Notes under the pieces: generated by a model | What the model was told of the DNA's origin: nothing | Database searches by the model: none | The model's input: the letters and a program-made list of their open reading frames with translations, nothing else | Origin: Cetorhinus maximus | Lineage: Eukaryota | Assembly: GCF_964194155.1 (NCBI RefSeq) | Contig: NC_135916.1 | Location: 930,001-994,000, forward strand | Direction of reading: 5' to 3' | Length of the DNA stretch: 64,000 bases | Shown: positions 23,000 to 36,206 of the stretch, in pieces | How the letters are laid out: every line of letters begins with the position of its first letter | Numbering within the stretch: the first letter of the stretch is position 1 | Translations under genes and position numbers: made by a program

Positions 23000-25900
23000 T
23001 GTAAGTTCCCATTGTTTTAATGCGACTTTAACAATCTACTTGTCAGATTTGGTACGTGTGAGTGTGTTGGGACAGTGACGGTCTTGGATTGTCCTTGTTA
23101 GCTTTTTATATATATATATATATATATAGTGTGTGTTTTATTTTGTACAGGATGCTTTTTTCCAACATTGTGTCTTTCTCTAGTATGTGAGTGTGGGCTT
23201 TAGTTTGTATACTTTTTGCTTTTGATATGATTTCCATTTCTCATTTGTTAATGTGCCTTTTACATTGAGTTGCTCACTCTCCGATGAGTGAGCATCCACT
23301 GTATGTGTCATTTTCTGGTCTGAGTGTGCATTTTATTCTGTCGTTTTCATTCATGGAACTGTTGGATATACACTATTCTTGTTAATTTCTGGCATCCAAT
23401 TGTCACATTTAATTTCATTGCACCTTTCAGTTTCTGAAATGACATTGTAGCTTTTTATCGTTATGAGTGCATTTCTGATAAGCAAGTGTGGGTTTTGATC
23501 TCAATCTCCACGTTGCAGGTATGTTTATGTCAGTTTAGTGTTTATTTTGTACATGTTGAGCTCTGCTGTGAGAATCTGGGCTTTATCCTGAAAGTTACTT
23601 TCTAATAGGAGGTTGTAGATTAGAAACCACAATTTAGATTCAGTTACAGGCATGTGAATGTTAATATTTGTGCCATTTCTGTTAGGTGACTGTAAATATA
23701 ATTCTGTTGCTGTCATTTTATGCTGCAGTGAATGATGTTTTCACTCTGGATCTGTCAATTTCTGATATGTGAATCTAGGTTTTAATTTGCACTTATCCGC
23801 TTTAGGTATGGAAGGAAGGTCCTTACTCTTTACCTGTTAATTTGTGGCAAGTGAATGGGATCAATGTGAACCTATCAGGCTCTGATATGTTATTTTGCAA
23901 TTTAATATTTAGTTGACAGCTTCCAGCCTGTGAACCAGAATTTCCTTCTGTACCTTTCAGTTACACCTATGTGATTATCCATTTTTCTCTGGACAGTTAG
24001 TTTCGGGTATGGGTAAAAAGGTTTCTCCCCTGTATATTTTATATTTGGGCCAGTGAATGTGAGGCCACCCTGTACCTGTCAGTTCCTCATAAGTTGTTTT
24101 GTGTTTTATTCGGCACTTGCCTATTTCCAATATGAGAGTGTTGATTTTATGGTGTACGTTTCATTTACTGCAATAGAATATATCTATATTTATTTGGTAC
24201 CTGTTTTTTCCCCCACATGCTAATTAGGTTTGGATTTTTCTCTGCATCTCTCAATCTCTGGAATGTAGTTATTGCCATAACTTGGCATCTGCATAAGATT
24301 AGTGAATAGTTGCTTTATTTACCCTGGCTATTCCTGACCTGTGAAATTCGATTTTTGATTGGATCTCACAGTGCTATGCTATAAGTGGGATTTGTGATTT
24401 GTCTGCATGCCTATTTTAAGTGAGTGCAATTTTTTTTAACCCCTCAACAGGGTATTTTGCTTGAGTATGACTATTTTTTTTTCTGTGCCTATGAGTTTAT
24501 GGTAAGTGAGTGCATTATTTAATGCTATTCTGCTATGCAACTACTACAGCCACAGGAACAGGTCCAAACAGGTCTGTAGTGAGTGAAAAAAAAATCCTCA
24601 TTCTCCAAAGCCTATTCTGCAACCTACAAGTCAAGAGGTAGTTTACATTGTCTTGGCTGACTGCACCTCCAGCAACACCAAAGGAGTTGTACACCATGTC
24701 AGACGAATTATTTGATTGGCACACAATTCACCATCTTAAACATTTACTCCCTCCCCCACTGTCACACACTGTGCAGCATCTACTGCAGCAAGTCAAGGAG
24801 ACCTCTTCAACATCACCCTCCAAACCTACAAACATTTAGGCCTAGAAGAACATGGACAGTAGGTGCCAATAGGGAAGAACACCACCTGTAAATTCACAGT
24901 CAATACAAACACCATCCTCTCTTGAAAATATTTCACCATTCCTTCATTGTGGCTGGAGTAAAATCCTGTAACCCCCTACATAACCTATGACAGACAGACA
25001 TCAAGGTGAAAGAAGGCAGAACACCACCACCTTCAAAATGGCAATTATGGAGAGAGAAAATTGCTGGCATTTGCAGTGATGGCTGCATTCAAAGAACAAC
25101 TATAACAATACTAGTATCTGGCCTGCATGTGAAATACATTTATTCAGTATATCTTCATTACTGGTTCAATATGTGAGTATGTAAATCATTTTGTATCTGT
25201 CAGTCAATGCAAGTGAATTGTTGTAGGTTTCATTTTGTTTTCATCATTCTCTGCTCCAGTATGTGAGTTTCAGATGAATATCTGCTATTTTCTTCTCTGT
25301 GATTTTCTGGAATGTGGGTGTGGGAATGAAGTCGATATATGACTTTCACTGATTGGAATGCAACTATGGGATTCATGATGTACATTCTAGTCCTTTGAAA
25401 GGTGCTTGGCTGAGATTTTTTTCTGCATCTGTCATTGTCCGTTTTTTGTTATTGTTGAATTATTTCTCTCTCTGTCAATCTGGTACTGCATGTGAGTGCA
25501 GCATCTGTCAGTCTCTGAACTGAATGTGTGAGAGAGACTTATTATGTGTTGGTCAGTCTCTGCTTCTCTATTTGAGTGTTATTTGCGATCTATACCTCCC
25601 AGTCTGCCGACCACTGTTATTGTGTGTGACTGTGGGATTAATTCTGTGATATTCACTCCTTGGGAACCTGTGGCTGTTGGACTCAATCTGTATCTCTCCA
25701 CCTCTCATACATTATTAGGTTAATTCTCTGACTATCATTCCTTGCAGCTGTGTAATTAAGGCCTCAATTCTGCATCTGTTAGTCTCTGATTTAGAATATG
25801 ACTGTGGTATATAGTCTGTATCTTGCCATACATGTCAGTGTGGATTATTTTTATTTCTCCCATTCTCTGGTACTGAACTTGGCAGTTAGTTTAATTATGT

Positions 25901-27330
25901 ACCAGTCAATTTTGTGTGATTTATGTGAAACAGCTTTCAATTGTTTATCTAGCTATTGTACTGTGTGAGAGCATGAGATGAATTATGTGCCTGTCTATGG
26001 AACTGACTGTGAATTTGCAATCTATTTCCTACGTAAATCTTCAGAATTACATGTGGAGCCCATTCTGAAGCTGCCAGTGTGTGGAAGTGGATACCAAGTT
26101 TGACATTAGCTCTGCAGTCATCAGCCTTCGACTAAATGCATCTGTGCATGACTCATTCTGTAAGTATCAGTCTCTGGTATTGTATACAAATGCTGTTTTC
26201 CTTCTGCATCTGTCAGTCATGGTGCTGTGTATGAGTGTCGGATTAACTTTATAGAGTTACTCCGTCATTCTCTGATTCTGGGTGAGTTGCAGATTCATTT
26301 GGCTTCAATATTACTTTTGTTAAATGAGAACCCAAGTGTTTCATTCAGTGCTTTCTTCCAGTTTCCTCTGAAATATAATACTTTTGCTTTAAATCTGCAG
26401 CTGTCAGTCTATGGTATTGCATGTGAATGTGGCATTCTTTCTCTGTCAGTCCCTGCATTTGTACATGAGAGTGCCATTAATTGGAACTCTAACATCCTCT
26501 GGTGCTATCAGTGAAAGTGGGATATAATCTGTAGCCGTCCATATTCTTTTCCTGTCAACATCTTCTACTGCGTTTGATTCAGATCTGTCTTGTATCAGTC
26601 AATCTGTGGCACTTTAAATAATTGGCATTGGTGTATGGCTTTTAGTGTTTTATTTTGCTTTTTTTTCCTGTGTGTGTAATTGTGGTTTTCAATTTGCCTG
26701 TATGAGGTGGGATTAATGCAATGAATGCTATGTGAGTGTGGGCATGTTACTGTATTAGCCAGTCTTATCAAATCAAACGTGAGCATGGATAAATACATTT
26801 TTCATCAACATCTGGCAGGTATTGAGTGCGGGGTTCATTTAATATCTCAGTTTATTGATATTTTATCTGAATGTGCAGCTCAGTGTGTGTCAATGTCCTG
26901 TAAAGTGATTGAGTGCAGAATTTACTTGTACCTGTGACAATGTGATATCTCACAGCATTGTGAGTTTCATTCTGTATTTTCAATCTCTACTGCTTGATGG
27001 CAATGAGGTTTCTTTCTTACCCAACTGCCTAAGTAAATGACTTCATTATATCTTTATCAGTCTCTGGTGCTGTGTATGACATTGGGCTGCTTGCTGCATC
27101 TTCCAGTCAATGTTAATGCAAATAAAAGTAGGTTGAATTCTATATTTGTCAGTTCCTGGATTGAATATGTGTTTTGGATTCATTGTTCATATGCCTGTCT
27201 CTAGGCGAGTATGAGAGTGTGGGATTCATTTTTCTATCTATGTATCTCTGGTGCTGTGTGTAAAGTGTGGAATTTTTTCTGTATTGGTACTTAATATGTA
27301 TCTCAGGCACTGTGTTGTTTAGCTAATTAC
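23000..27330. repeat. Ancient degenerate ~41-46-bp tandem repeat tract
   Basis: Recurring TTCTG(T/C)A(T/C)CTGTCAGT.TCTG..ATGTGAGTGTGG; e.g. 26156 vs 26202 (46 bp) and ~23746 vs ~23787 (41 bp). Confidence 0.65.
24835..25095 (+). mobile_element. Old CR1/L2-group LINE 3' fragment (family that seeded the minisatellite)
   Basis: CCTTCATTGTGGCTGGAGTAAAATCCTG and AGAAGGCAG..CACCACCACCTTC. Confidence 0.65.
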
Positions 27331-28309
27331 TCTACTAATATTTGTTGAACCTTTGCTTTATTGTAAAAGACATATTCAATGATTTTTTTTTTTCCAGAGC
27401 CATAGACTGCATTCAATAGTTCTAAGCAGGTTATGTAGTGGTACTTAATTTATATTTTAATTCGAGTTTGTTTTTCACAGCAATATATGTGTCAACCTGA
27501 TACATGGCCTAGTATGTAATTCCGGCAGTATGTTAAAAGGGAATTATTTCATTAACTGTATGTTCTAGTCTAACAATTTGTGAGATTTTTGGTCTGGTGC
27601 TTGATGCATAGCTCAGTCTAAATTCTGAGGTTCTTAATTGCAATTCATACTGTATCTTACAGTAGGTTCAATTTTGTCTGATCTAGTCAATGATTTGTAT
27701 TTTATTTGTGCCAAAGTGACAACGTGCATTTAAATCTAATCGTGAGGCATTAAGTTGATGGGAAATTGAAACAACTTCTCACACCAGAGCTCTGTTTCCC
27801 TTTTTTATTGAAAGGTTGCCTCTCAACCTTGGAATCTATGTGAACTTGTATATTTTTCTTTGAGGGTGGGCCTAATGATCTGGCACTATCTCTGTGCTTT
27901 GTGGGTGATATTGTACTTACTGTGTGTTGAAACCATCACTTCTGCTTATTTCGAGGAATCATCTGGTTCTTTCAATTACTTCCATCGACAAAGAAAACAT
28001 AACTGCTATACCTGAAGGTTGGGTGAACTGGAAGATACAAAAGTGAACAGTGTATTATATTTTATCCAAGAATAATTATAATGAATAATCGCAAGAGCTA
28101 AACCAACATCGCTTGAGGGCCTGAGCCCACCTTAGTGCTCCAGCAATCTGTCCCTGCTTATCTGTGATTTTGAGCAGCTTTTCACCAATTTTCTGGCATT
28201 CAGAAACAACCCATTCGCTGCCCTGCCCCTTGGATTGGGCAGTCCTATGGAGCAGTGACTGTTGCAAAGTTCGGATTTCTATTTGCAGCTGCCTTTGAAC
28301 GAACTGCCG

Positions 28310-28578
28310 TTTGGTATTGTCACTGTAGTAGAAACCCAGAGGCCCATGCTAATCCTTGTATTCTGCCACGGCAGGAAAAAACCTGGAATTAAAAGTCTGA
28401 TTTGTCAATGGATCGACCCATCTGGTTCACTCATGCCCTTTAGGGAAGGGGATCTGCCACCCTTGCCCGGTCTGGCCTACATGTGACTCCTGACCCACAG
28501 CCAATGTGGTTTACCCTTACATGGCCTCTGAACAAGGCCTGGCCAGCGACACCCACATGAATGAATAACAAAAAAACC
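28310..28578 (+). mobile_element. Shark-type tRNA-derived SINE (internally deleted)
   Basis: CTGGAATTAAAAG, CCCATCTGGTTCACT, GGTCTGGCCTACATGTGACTCC and an ATGAATGAATA-A tail; related to 49900-50150. Confidence 0.75.
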
Positions 28579-28814
28579 GTGCAACTGTTTAAAATGTGAC
28601 TTTCACATTTCCCCACCATGGTGGCTGCATTTGATCTTCTCTGAGTCACTGGAAACATTGTTAGTTTGCTGCAACTTTCTCCCTGTCCAATAACAAGGGG
28701 GCGACCGGGACTGAGCTGGTGCGTACTCTCAGTTTTGAGAGGACAAAGCAGCAACTACCTTAAGTACCTTCTTCGCACACTGTGCAAGCATTGCCAGAGA
28801 ATTGTCTCTCGCTA

Positions 28815-29630
28815 CCTCCCAGCCTCCCCATCCATCTGCCCCCCCCCCCATCCTCCTCCCGCCCCTTCCCCATCCCCCCTCAAAGACCCCGCCCCTCCAC
28901 CCTCCCTCCTCCCGCCCATCCCCTCCACCCTCCCTCCTCCCGCCCATCCCCCCTTCCTCCTACCGTCACCATCCTCCCTCCTCCCCATCCCCTTCCTCAC
29001 CTCCCATTCCCTTCCTCGCCCCACATCCCCTTCCTCCCTGCTCATCCCCTCCCTCCCTCCCCCATCCCCTTCCTCCCTCCCCCATCCCCTTCCTCCCTCT
29101 CCGATCCCCTTCCTCCCCTAACCTCCCCCATCCCCTTCCTCCCTCCCCATCCCCTTCCTCCCTCCCCCATCCCCTTCCTCCCTCCCCCATCCCCTTCCTC
29201 CCTCCCCTCATCCCCTTTCTCCCTCCCCCATCCCCTTCCTCCCTCCCCCCCATCCCCTTCCTCCCTCCCCTCATCCCCTCCCTCCCCCCCCATCCCCTTC
29301 CTCCCTCCCTCCCCATCCCCTTCCTCCCTCCCCCCCCATCCCCTTCCTCCCTCCCCCCCCATCCCCTTCCTCCCTCCCCCCCTCATCCACTTCCTCCCCC
29401 CATCCACTTCCTCCCTCCCCTCATCCACTTCCTCCCCCCATCCACTTCCTCCCTCCCCCATCCCCTTACTCCCTCTCATCCACTTCCTCCCTCCCATCCC
29501 CTTCCTCCCCCCTTATCCCATTCCTCCTCCCCCATCCCCTTCCTCCTACCCCCTCCCCCCCATTCCCTTCCCCTCTCCCCTCCCCCTCTCCCCCTCTCCC
29601 TTCCCCCTCCCCCCCTCCCCACCGTCCCCC
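28815..29630. repeat. Polypyrimidine tandem repeat (~20-bp CCCCTTCCTCCCTCCCCCAT unit)
   Basis: Almost pure C/T with a recurring CATCCCCTTCCTCCCTCCCC. Confidence 0.92.
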
Positions 29631-30130
29631 GGGGACCCGCTCCTGCCCAGAGTGCCCAGCGAAAGCAGCGGCCGCCTCCCTCTCAGCCGCCCTGGTTTTC
29701 AATCCCATTGTCTGAGCAGAACCCGCGGACGCCATTCTAAACCCATCCGCTGCTGTGAGCGGGTGCTGTTTGTTTATTCACCTCTGGGGGGCGATAATAT
29801 CTCCGCCCGCTGCCGAATTAAACCCGATTGTGGGTCACTGAGTGAACGGGGCACGGGGGTGGGGGGGTGGTGGTCCGCGCATGCGCTCCTATCCTCAGGG
29901 GAGCGAGACCGGGTTAAGGCGCGCGTGCGCAGATCTCCTGAACAATTCAGCAGACTGAATGGGAGTTTCTACCAGTTCAATTTCTGAACCTGTGCTGGCG
30001 CGGGGAGTGGGTGTGTGTGTCTGTGTGGGGCAGGGGGTGTGGGTGAGGGGGAGGGGTGGGGGTGTGCCGTTCGGGGCAAAGGGGCGCTGGGTGAAAGTGG
30101 GACCAATAGCGTTTGAAGGGCTATTGTTTG
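29630..30130. promoter_or_regulatory. CpG-rich promoter-like segment with two NRF1-type sites
   Basis: GCGCATGCGC at 29877-29886, GCGCGTGCGCA at 29921-29931, high CpG density, CCAAT at ~30103. Confidence 0.6.
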
Positions 30131-30854
30131 TCCCATTTAGAGATTCAATAACCAGTCACCGCCTGCAAATTATTTGCTCTTATATTGTCACCCATCCCGT
30201 TAAATTTAGATAAAAGCAAAATACTGGGGGTGCTGGAAATCTGAAATAAAAACAAAAATAGCTGGAACAGCTCACAGCATCTGCGGAGTTAAATTTAGAC
30301 TTTCTGTAACCTAGGATGTTAGCAATTTTCTTCATTTTCACCTTTATCAGATTTTACATTGAATTTGATTAAACGTTGTTCACTCTTATATAAATATTAT
30401 CTTTATTGTCCGATTATACAGGGATCATACGGCGCAGAAACAGGCCCTTCGGCCCATCCCGTCCGTGCCTGCCATCAGGCACCTATCCATTCAAATCCCA
30501 TTTTCCAGCACTTGGCCAGTAGCCCTGCATGCTCTGGCGTTTCACGTCTTCTTTGTCGATGGAATTAATTGAAAGAACCAGATGATCCCTCGAAACAAGC
30601 AAACGTGATGGTTTCAACACACAGTAAGTACAGTATCACTCACAAAGCAAGGAGATAGTGCCAGATCATTAGGTCCACCATCAAAAAAAAATACACAGGC
30701 TCACATAGGTTGAGAAGCAACTTTTGCATTAGTACTCCTTAAGAAACAAGTCTGACTCAACAGCTCAATCCTAAATGTATCATGGTCCATCATTTTGTTG
30801 GTCTAAAACATATTCTACCTGGGACAAATACTGGGTGAAACAAAAAAAAACAGA

Positions 30855-31453
30855 ACTCTTGGTTCTACGGGTTGTTCCCAGGGACACACACTGAGACAAA
30901 CATCAACTGCAGCTGGAGGATCATCAACTCGGTCTTTGGTCTGCTCGAAACTTCTTGGTCTTCCAGTGCAAAGGGTTGTCCCCGACTGAGTGTTGCAGAC
31001 TGGCACATTCCAAGGTCCAGGACTACGTGCTGATGGACACACTAAAGCTTGGGGCAGCCGCCGCAAAGGTCCAGTGGGGAAAGGTCGCTGTCTAAGACCT
31101 TTCACCATAGTTCACCCGAGGGGCTGGGGATTGTATAGACCCCCTCGGGCTGTATGACTCACAGTGAATGTATGCAGTGAATATTGCAAGGATCACAATT
31201 GTACTGAAGCACCCTCAGAGTGCAACAAGATCTATGTGGACGACGTAAATGCTATTGCAATGTCTCGTTGTCTGTTATGATCCGCTTGAAATGTCTGCAA
31301 AGTTCCTCTGATTGAATTGAAACACCTTAAGGTGCGACATGATCTATGTGGATAACTTGAAAATGAATGCACTTTTTGGAATGGCCATTTTGAAATGTTT
31401 TGTAGTGTCCTTTCAGATATATTATGAATAAAGTCTATTTATGCTAAGAAAAA
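30855..31453 (+). mobile_element. Degraded Tx1 3' fragment with a different 3' UTR subfamily
   Basis: Matches 14893-15190, then diverges; ends ATGAATAAAG..AAAAA. Confidence 0.85.
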
Positions 31454-32119
31454 CTGCTTCCTGGTTGTGCTATGCTGCCGAATCCAATCTATCAGACTAA
31501 GACTTTAATCAAAGCACTAAACTTAAGTTGCAATCTTCTATAATCATTGCATTTTTAAGTAGCGCCTCTTCATTGCTCGTTTCAGGCCAACACAATAAAT
31601 AGATGAATTCCAAAGCACCCTGTTGTTAATTTAATTCTATTTATGGAATCTCGGCTGAATGATTGCGATTTTATGTAATCTTTTCTTGCGAATGCGACAA
31701 AAGAAATTTACCCTTCCTCATTTTCCAATAGTCCCATTCTTTCCAAAACTGTTATAACGTGCAATGTTTAACATGCTGTTAAATTGCTGCAGTTTCTCTG
31801 TTATGGACACGATGACATTTTATAAACTGCATTTTGGACATCTTATTGAGTCAATGTATTCCCAGTAACCACATTTCTTAAGTTCTGCTTATCAGTGCAT
31901 AAATCTCTCCTTCTGGCACGAGACCTTGATTTGTCCTTGAACCCTTTGAGCACAGCAGAGCCTTTGAATATCTGTAAGACAGCAATAGAGCGATCCTTGA
32001 TAACCAAGGGGTTGAGTTGAGGTTACAATCGCATCAGCCAAGATCTCATTGAATGGCGAAGCTAGCCGGAAGGGCTGAGTGGCCTACTCCTGCTCCAAAT
32101 TAGTACATTTCTATTGTCT

Positions 32120-32665
32120 AACAAAAACAAAAATACCTGGAAAACTCAGCAGGTCTGACAGCATCTGCAGAGAGGGACACAGTTGACATTTCAAGTCCGT
32201 AAGACCCTTCATCAGAACTAAGACATGTAGAAGTGAGAAGAAATATAAGTTGGTAGAAGGGGGTGGGACAGGAGATCTCGATAGGGGGCCAGTGATAGGT
32301 GGAGGCCAAGAAGAAACTGCCAAAGATGTCATAGACAAAAGGACAAAAGGGGTGTTGACGGTGGTGATATTATCTAAAGGATGTGCTAATGGGGACATTA
32401 AGGGAAGCAAGCTAGTGGAAGGTGGCCCTAGTACGGGTGGGGTGGAGGGAAGGGATCGAAATGGACTAAAAGGTGCAGCTGGAACAATAGATCGAAATAA
32501 ATTTTAAAATATGGGGGAAAAGAAAAAATATATAGTTGTAAAAATATATATAAATTATTGGAAAAGGGGGGATCGGAAAGGGGGAGGGGATGGAGGAGAG
32601 AGTTCATGATCTCAAATTGTTGAACTCATTATTAAGTCCAGAAGACCGTAAAGGGCCTAGTTGAA
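32120..32665 (-). mobile_element. Penelope 3' end/pLTR fragment with a minimal hammerhead core
   Basis: Reverse complement of the GIY-YIG C-terminus and pLTR; CTGATGA...GAAA..GTC at 32181-32219. Confidence 0.82.
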
Positions 32666-33019
32666 AGATTTCTATGTATGTTCGTATGTTTATTCTGTTT
32701 AAGCTATTTTAAAAAAAAACTGTCACTATGATGTATTGGCGTCAATGATGTTATTATTAACTTCATCAAGCACCAAGAAGTATTCATAGCAGAGTTTGGC
32801 AGCTGAACTTTGCTTATCTCTATTTTTGTACATTTGAAATCCAGTATTGTTATTATTTCTGACTGAGTACACAGTTAGTAGTTCAGATAACTGTTCATGT
32901 ATTTTAGGAAAGTTTTCTTTAAAACAAAGTGAGCTTGAATTTTACGTTTGAATGTAAAATGTGATGAAAATGTGTTTATTGTTTTATTTCATTATCTCCG
33001 GCTTGGAACTACTACTTGG

Positions 33020-33527
33020 GGATGACACAAAGATTGACCGGGTGGTTAAAACTGAGATTGAGTGTCCTGGGCTGCAGGAAGATATAGACGGGATGGTCAA
33101 ATGGGCAGATAAGTGCCAGATGGAATTTAACCCAGAAAAGTGTGAGGTGATACACTTTGGAAGGAATAATTTGACAAGGAAGTATTCAATGAACGGCATG
33201 ACACTAAGAAGTTCTGAGGAACAAATGGACCTTGGTGTGTGTGTCCATAGATCTCTGAAGGTGGAGGGGCATGTTCGTAGGGTGGGGGAAAAGGCATATG
33301 GGACACTTGCCTTTATCAATCGAGGCATAGATTAGAAAAGTAGGGAGGTCATGTTGGAGTTGTATAGAACCTTGGTGAGGCCACAGCTGGAGTACTGTGT
33401 GCAGTTCTGGTCGCCACATTATAGGAAGGATGTAATTGCACTGGAGGGGGTACAGAGGAGATTCACCAGGATGTTGCCTGGGATGAAACATTTAAGTTAT
33501 GAAGAGAGGTTGGATAGACTTGGGTTG
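33020..33527 (+). mobile_element. CR1 RT fragment
   Basis: [43 protein letters not shown]. Confidence 0.92.
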
Positions 33528-33529
33528 GG

Positions 33530-33793
33530 TGTAAACTTGGTAGTCAGGTTAATTCAGAACTTTGGGATTTGTTGTAGTATAAAATAACTAATCTTATGTA
33601 AATGCTTGATTTTTTTTTTAATTTTGTTAATAAATGTTTCAATTTATGTTTTAAAATCTCTAAAGGTGTTACTGGAGTCATGACATCTGAATTCAGTGCC
33701 CAAATCTTCTCATAACAAGTACAAATTGGGAAACCATTGTGCTAGCGTGGCCAGGATTCCCTTGTAGGACGCATCACCTGCCCTTTTATAACA
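33530..33793 (+). mobile_element. Partial LTR related to 7307-8119
   Basis: AATAAATGTTT, CTGAATTCAG and GATTCCC shared with the reverse complement of 7307-7470; ends ATAACA. Confidence 0.5.
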
Positions 33794-35144
33794 GGTCCCC
33801 CTTTTTCGACGTCGGAGACCCTCTCCACACTGAAGTTCATGACATGAGATTCACAAGTTTATGGCTTGAACAGAATGACCAGAAAAGCAACGTTTCTGCT
33901 GATAATTCACAATCGCTTCATTGAATTACCTGCATCTCTATGTGAAGGGTTGCACTCAGCAATCATGAAATGCAGTTACAATTACAACTACACTACCCAG
34001 AACGCTGTCCCACACCTCGTTCCTAACATTATACTTAATTCTTTATACCTCAACTTAATACTTACAATCACCCCATCGATTAGTCTTCCAATGATATTGT
34101 AGGTCCCTCAGTGGAGTTGACCAGACTCTACCGACTCCCTTGACTGCCTTTAGAAATCAGTGGTGTGCTCTGATTTCTGGCCCCAATTATACCATTTCTG
34201 CTGCTGGGCTTGGCCAACTCATTTCAATGTCCAGGAGTTAGCATCCTTAGTTTAGTCCGCACATAGTCAAGATAAATATGATCAGCTCATGCTGTTTGAA
34301 ACACTGGTCTTTCCTTGGAACATACCTCCCAGACAACTATGATCAGCTCTCACGTTGATTAAGCAATTCTCCTGCTATATATGAGAAAATTTGTCGACTA
34401 GGCTCCAAGGTCCATCAAGCTGTGCAGATGAAAGGCATGCTTCTTGTGCCGTGGTATCGGGTAATCAGTATCTAAACTGCGTTAGGCAATGGCATTTCCC
34501 TGGTACTTTTCCTTTTTCCACAATAGCTATCGGTCACTGTACAATGCCCTTTGATGAGCTACTGTCCTTTACTAAGTGCCTGAATTAACCCCTTGCTGCA
34601 CAGCCCCGAGCCATTGGCTGCAGGCTTGGATTCTGTACTGTGGTGAAAAAAAATAACATGAGGTCAAAACACGTCCGTGGGTTTGGGTTTTATACTCCAT
34701 AAATTTCCTAGTTGGAGCCGATTCCAATCCTCAGAAGCCAAGCACACCACCACGGAACAGATAATTATAGTGACCAACTACAATGGCCCCATATAGATAT
34801 CTACAATGCAGCGAGCAATTAAAAAAATACAATGTAAAATTTAAGATATGATGACATCTACCCTCGAAAAAATTTACATCATCACATCCCTTAAAACAAT
34901 CGGTGTGCCATGGCTAAATCAAAACAAAGGTTTAAACATTAGCTGTGGTCCAATTCCTGCTCAGAGGTAGGCAATTTCACTGAGCGCTTTTAGCTTTACG
35001 CCACTTCTCAAATTTCCATGCAATTAACTAAATTGCAGGCTCATGATCCGATTTCCTCCCATTCTAAGCACCAATGATTCGTTTTGCCCCCATGCTAACT
35101 CATTTTAAGGCTGAACTGATTGCAACCTTAGCACCTCAGTCCGA

Positions 35145-36030
35145 TGTGGAGCGAAGGTTTACCCGACTGATTCCTGGGATGGCGGGACCGACATATGAGG
35201 AGAGATCGAGTCGATTAGGATTATATTCGTGGTAGTTCAGAAGAATGAGGGGGGATCTCATAGAAACCTATAAAATTCTAACAGGACTGGACAGGGTGGA
35301 TGCAGGAAGGATGTTCCCGATGGTGGGGGGAATCAAGAACCAGGGGTCACAGTCTGAGGATATGGGCTAGGTCATTTAGGGCTGAGATGAGGAGAAATTT
35401 CTTCACCCAGAGAGTGGTGAGCCTGTGGAATTCGTTACCACAGAAAGAAGTTGAGACCAAAACATTGTTTGTTTTCAAGATGGAGTTAGATATAGCTCTT
35501 GGGGCGGAAGGGATCAAAGGATATGGGGAGAAAGCAGGAGCAGGATATTGAGTTGGATGATCAGCCATGATCACAATGAATGGTGGAGCAGGCTCGAAGG
35601 GCCGAATGGCCTACTCCTGCTCCTAGTTTCCATGTTTCTATGTCCTGTCAGGCCCTCATAATTCTTGACTCTCTTGTAGATTAAAAATATGCCTAATTCA
35701 GTTTTGGACATATTCAATGACTCAACCCACTGTGCTCTCTGTGGAAGAGAATTCCAGCAACTAACAATCCTCTGAGAGAAGAAATTCCTCCTCATCTTAA
35801 TTCAGAGACTCCTTATTTTTAAACATTGCCCCCTACTTCTAGATATAAACTCTCACCATCTATCCTGCCAAACAACCCCCAACAAAATCTTTCTCATGTT
35901 TCAAGGAGATCATCTTTCATGCTCCGAAGCTCCAATAAGTATAGGCCCAAAATATTCAACCTTTCCTCATAAGCACCCCTTCATCCCAGGAATCAGCACA
36001 GGGAGCCTTATTTGACCAGTTTGCAATGTA
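35145..36030. mobile_element. Two tail-to-tail CR1 3' fragments (+ 35145-35642; - ~35650-36030)
   Basis: MRRNFFTQRVVSLWNSLP on +, MRRNFFSQRIVSCWNSLP on -. Confidence 0.88.
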
Positions 36031-36206
36031 ATGATATCCCTTTCTGATTTTATACATATGCTTGGAGCACATTTATTATTTGTGATATGTGTGTACTCTG
36101 TTGTAACATTGATACTGTATCTGACATCCTCAGCTGATGCATTCGATAGTGAAATACTGTTGCTCATTGTGATATCGACATGTGGTTCGGTATTGGAAGA
36201 TGAAAT

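Noticed and set aside
33800-35140. Possible coding exon or TE in this unique-looking stretch
   Set aside because: No recognisable motifs, ORF or repeat partner by eye; left unannotated.
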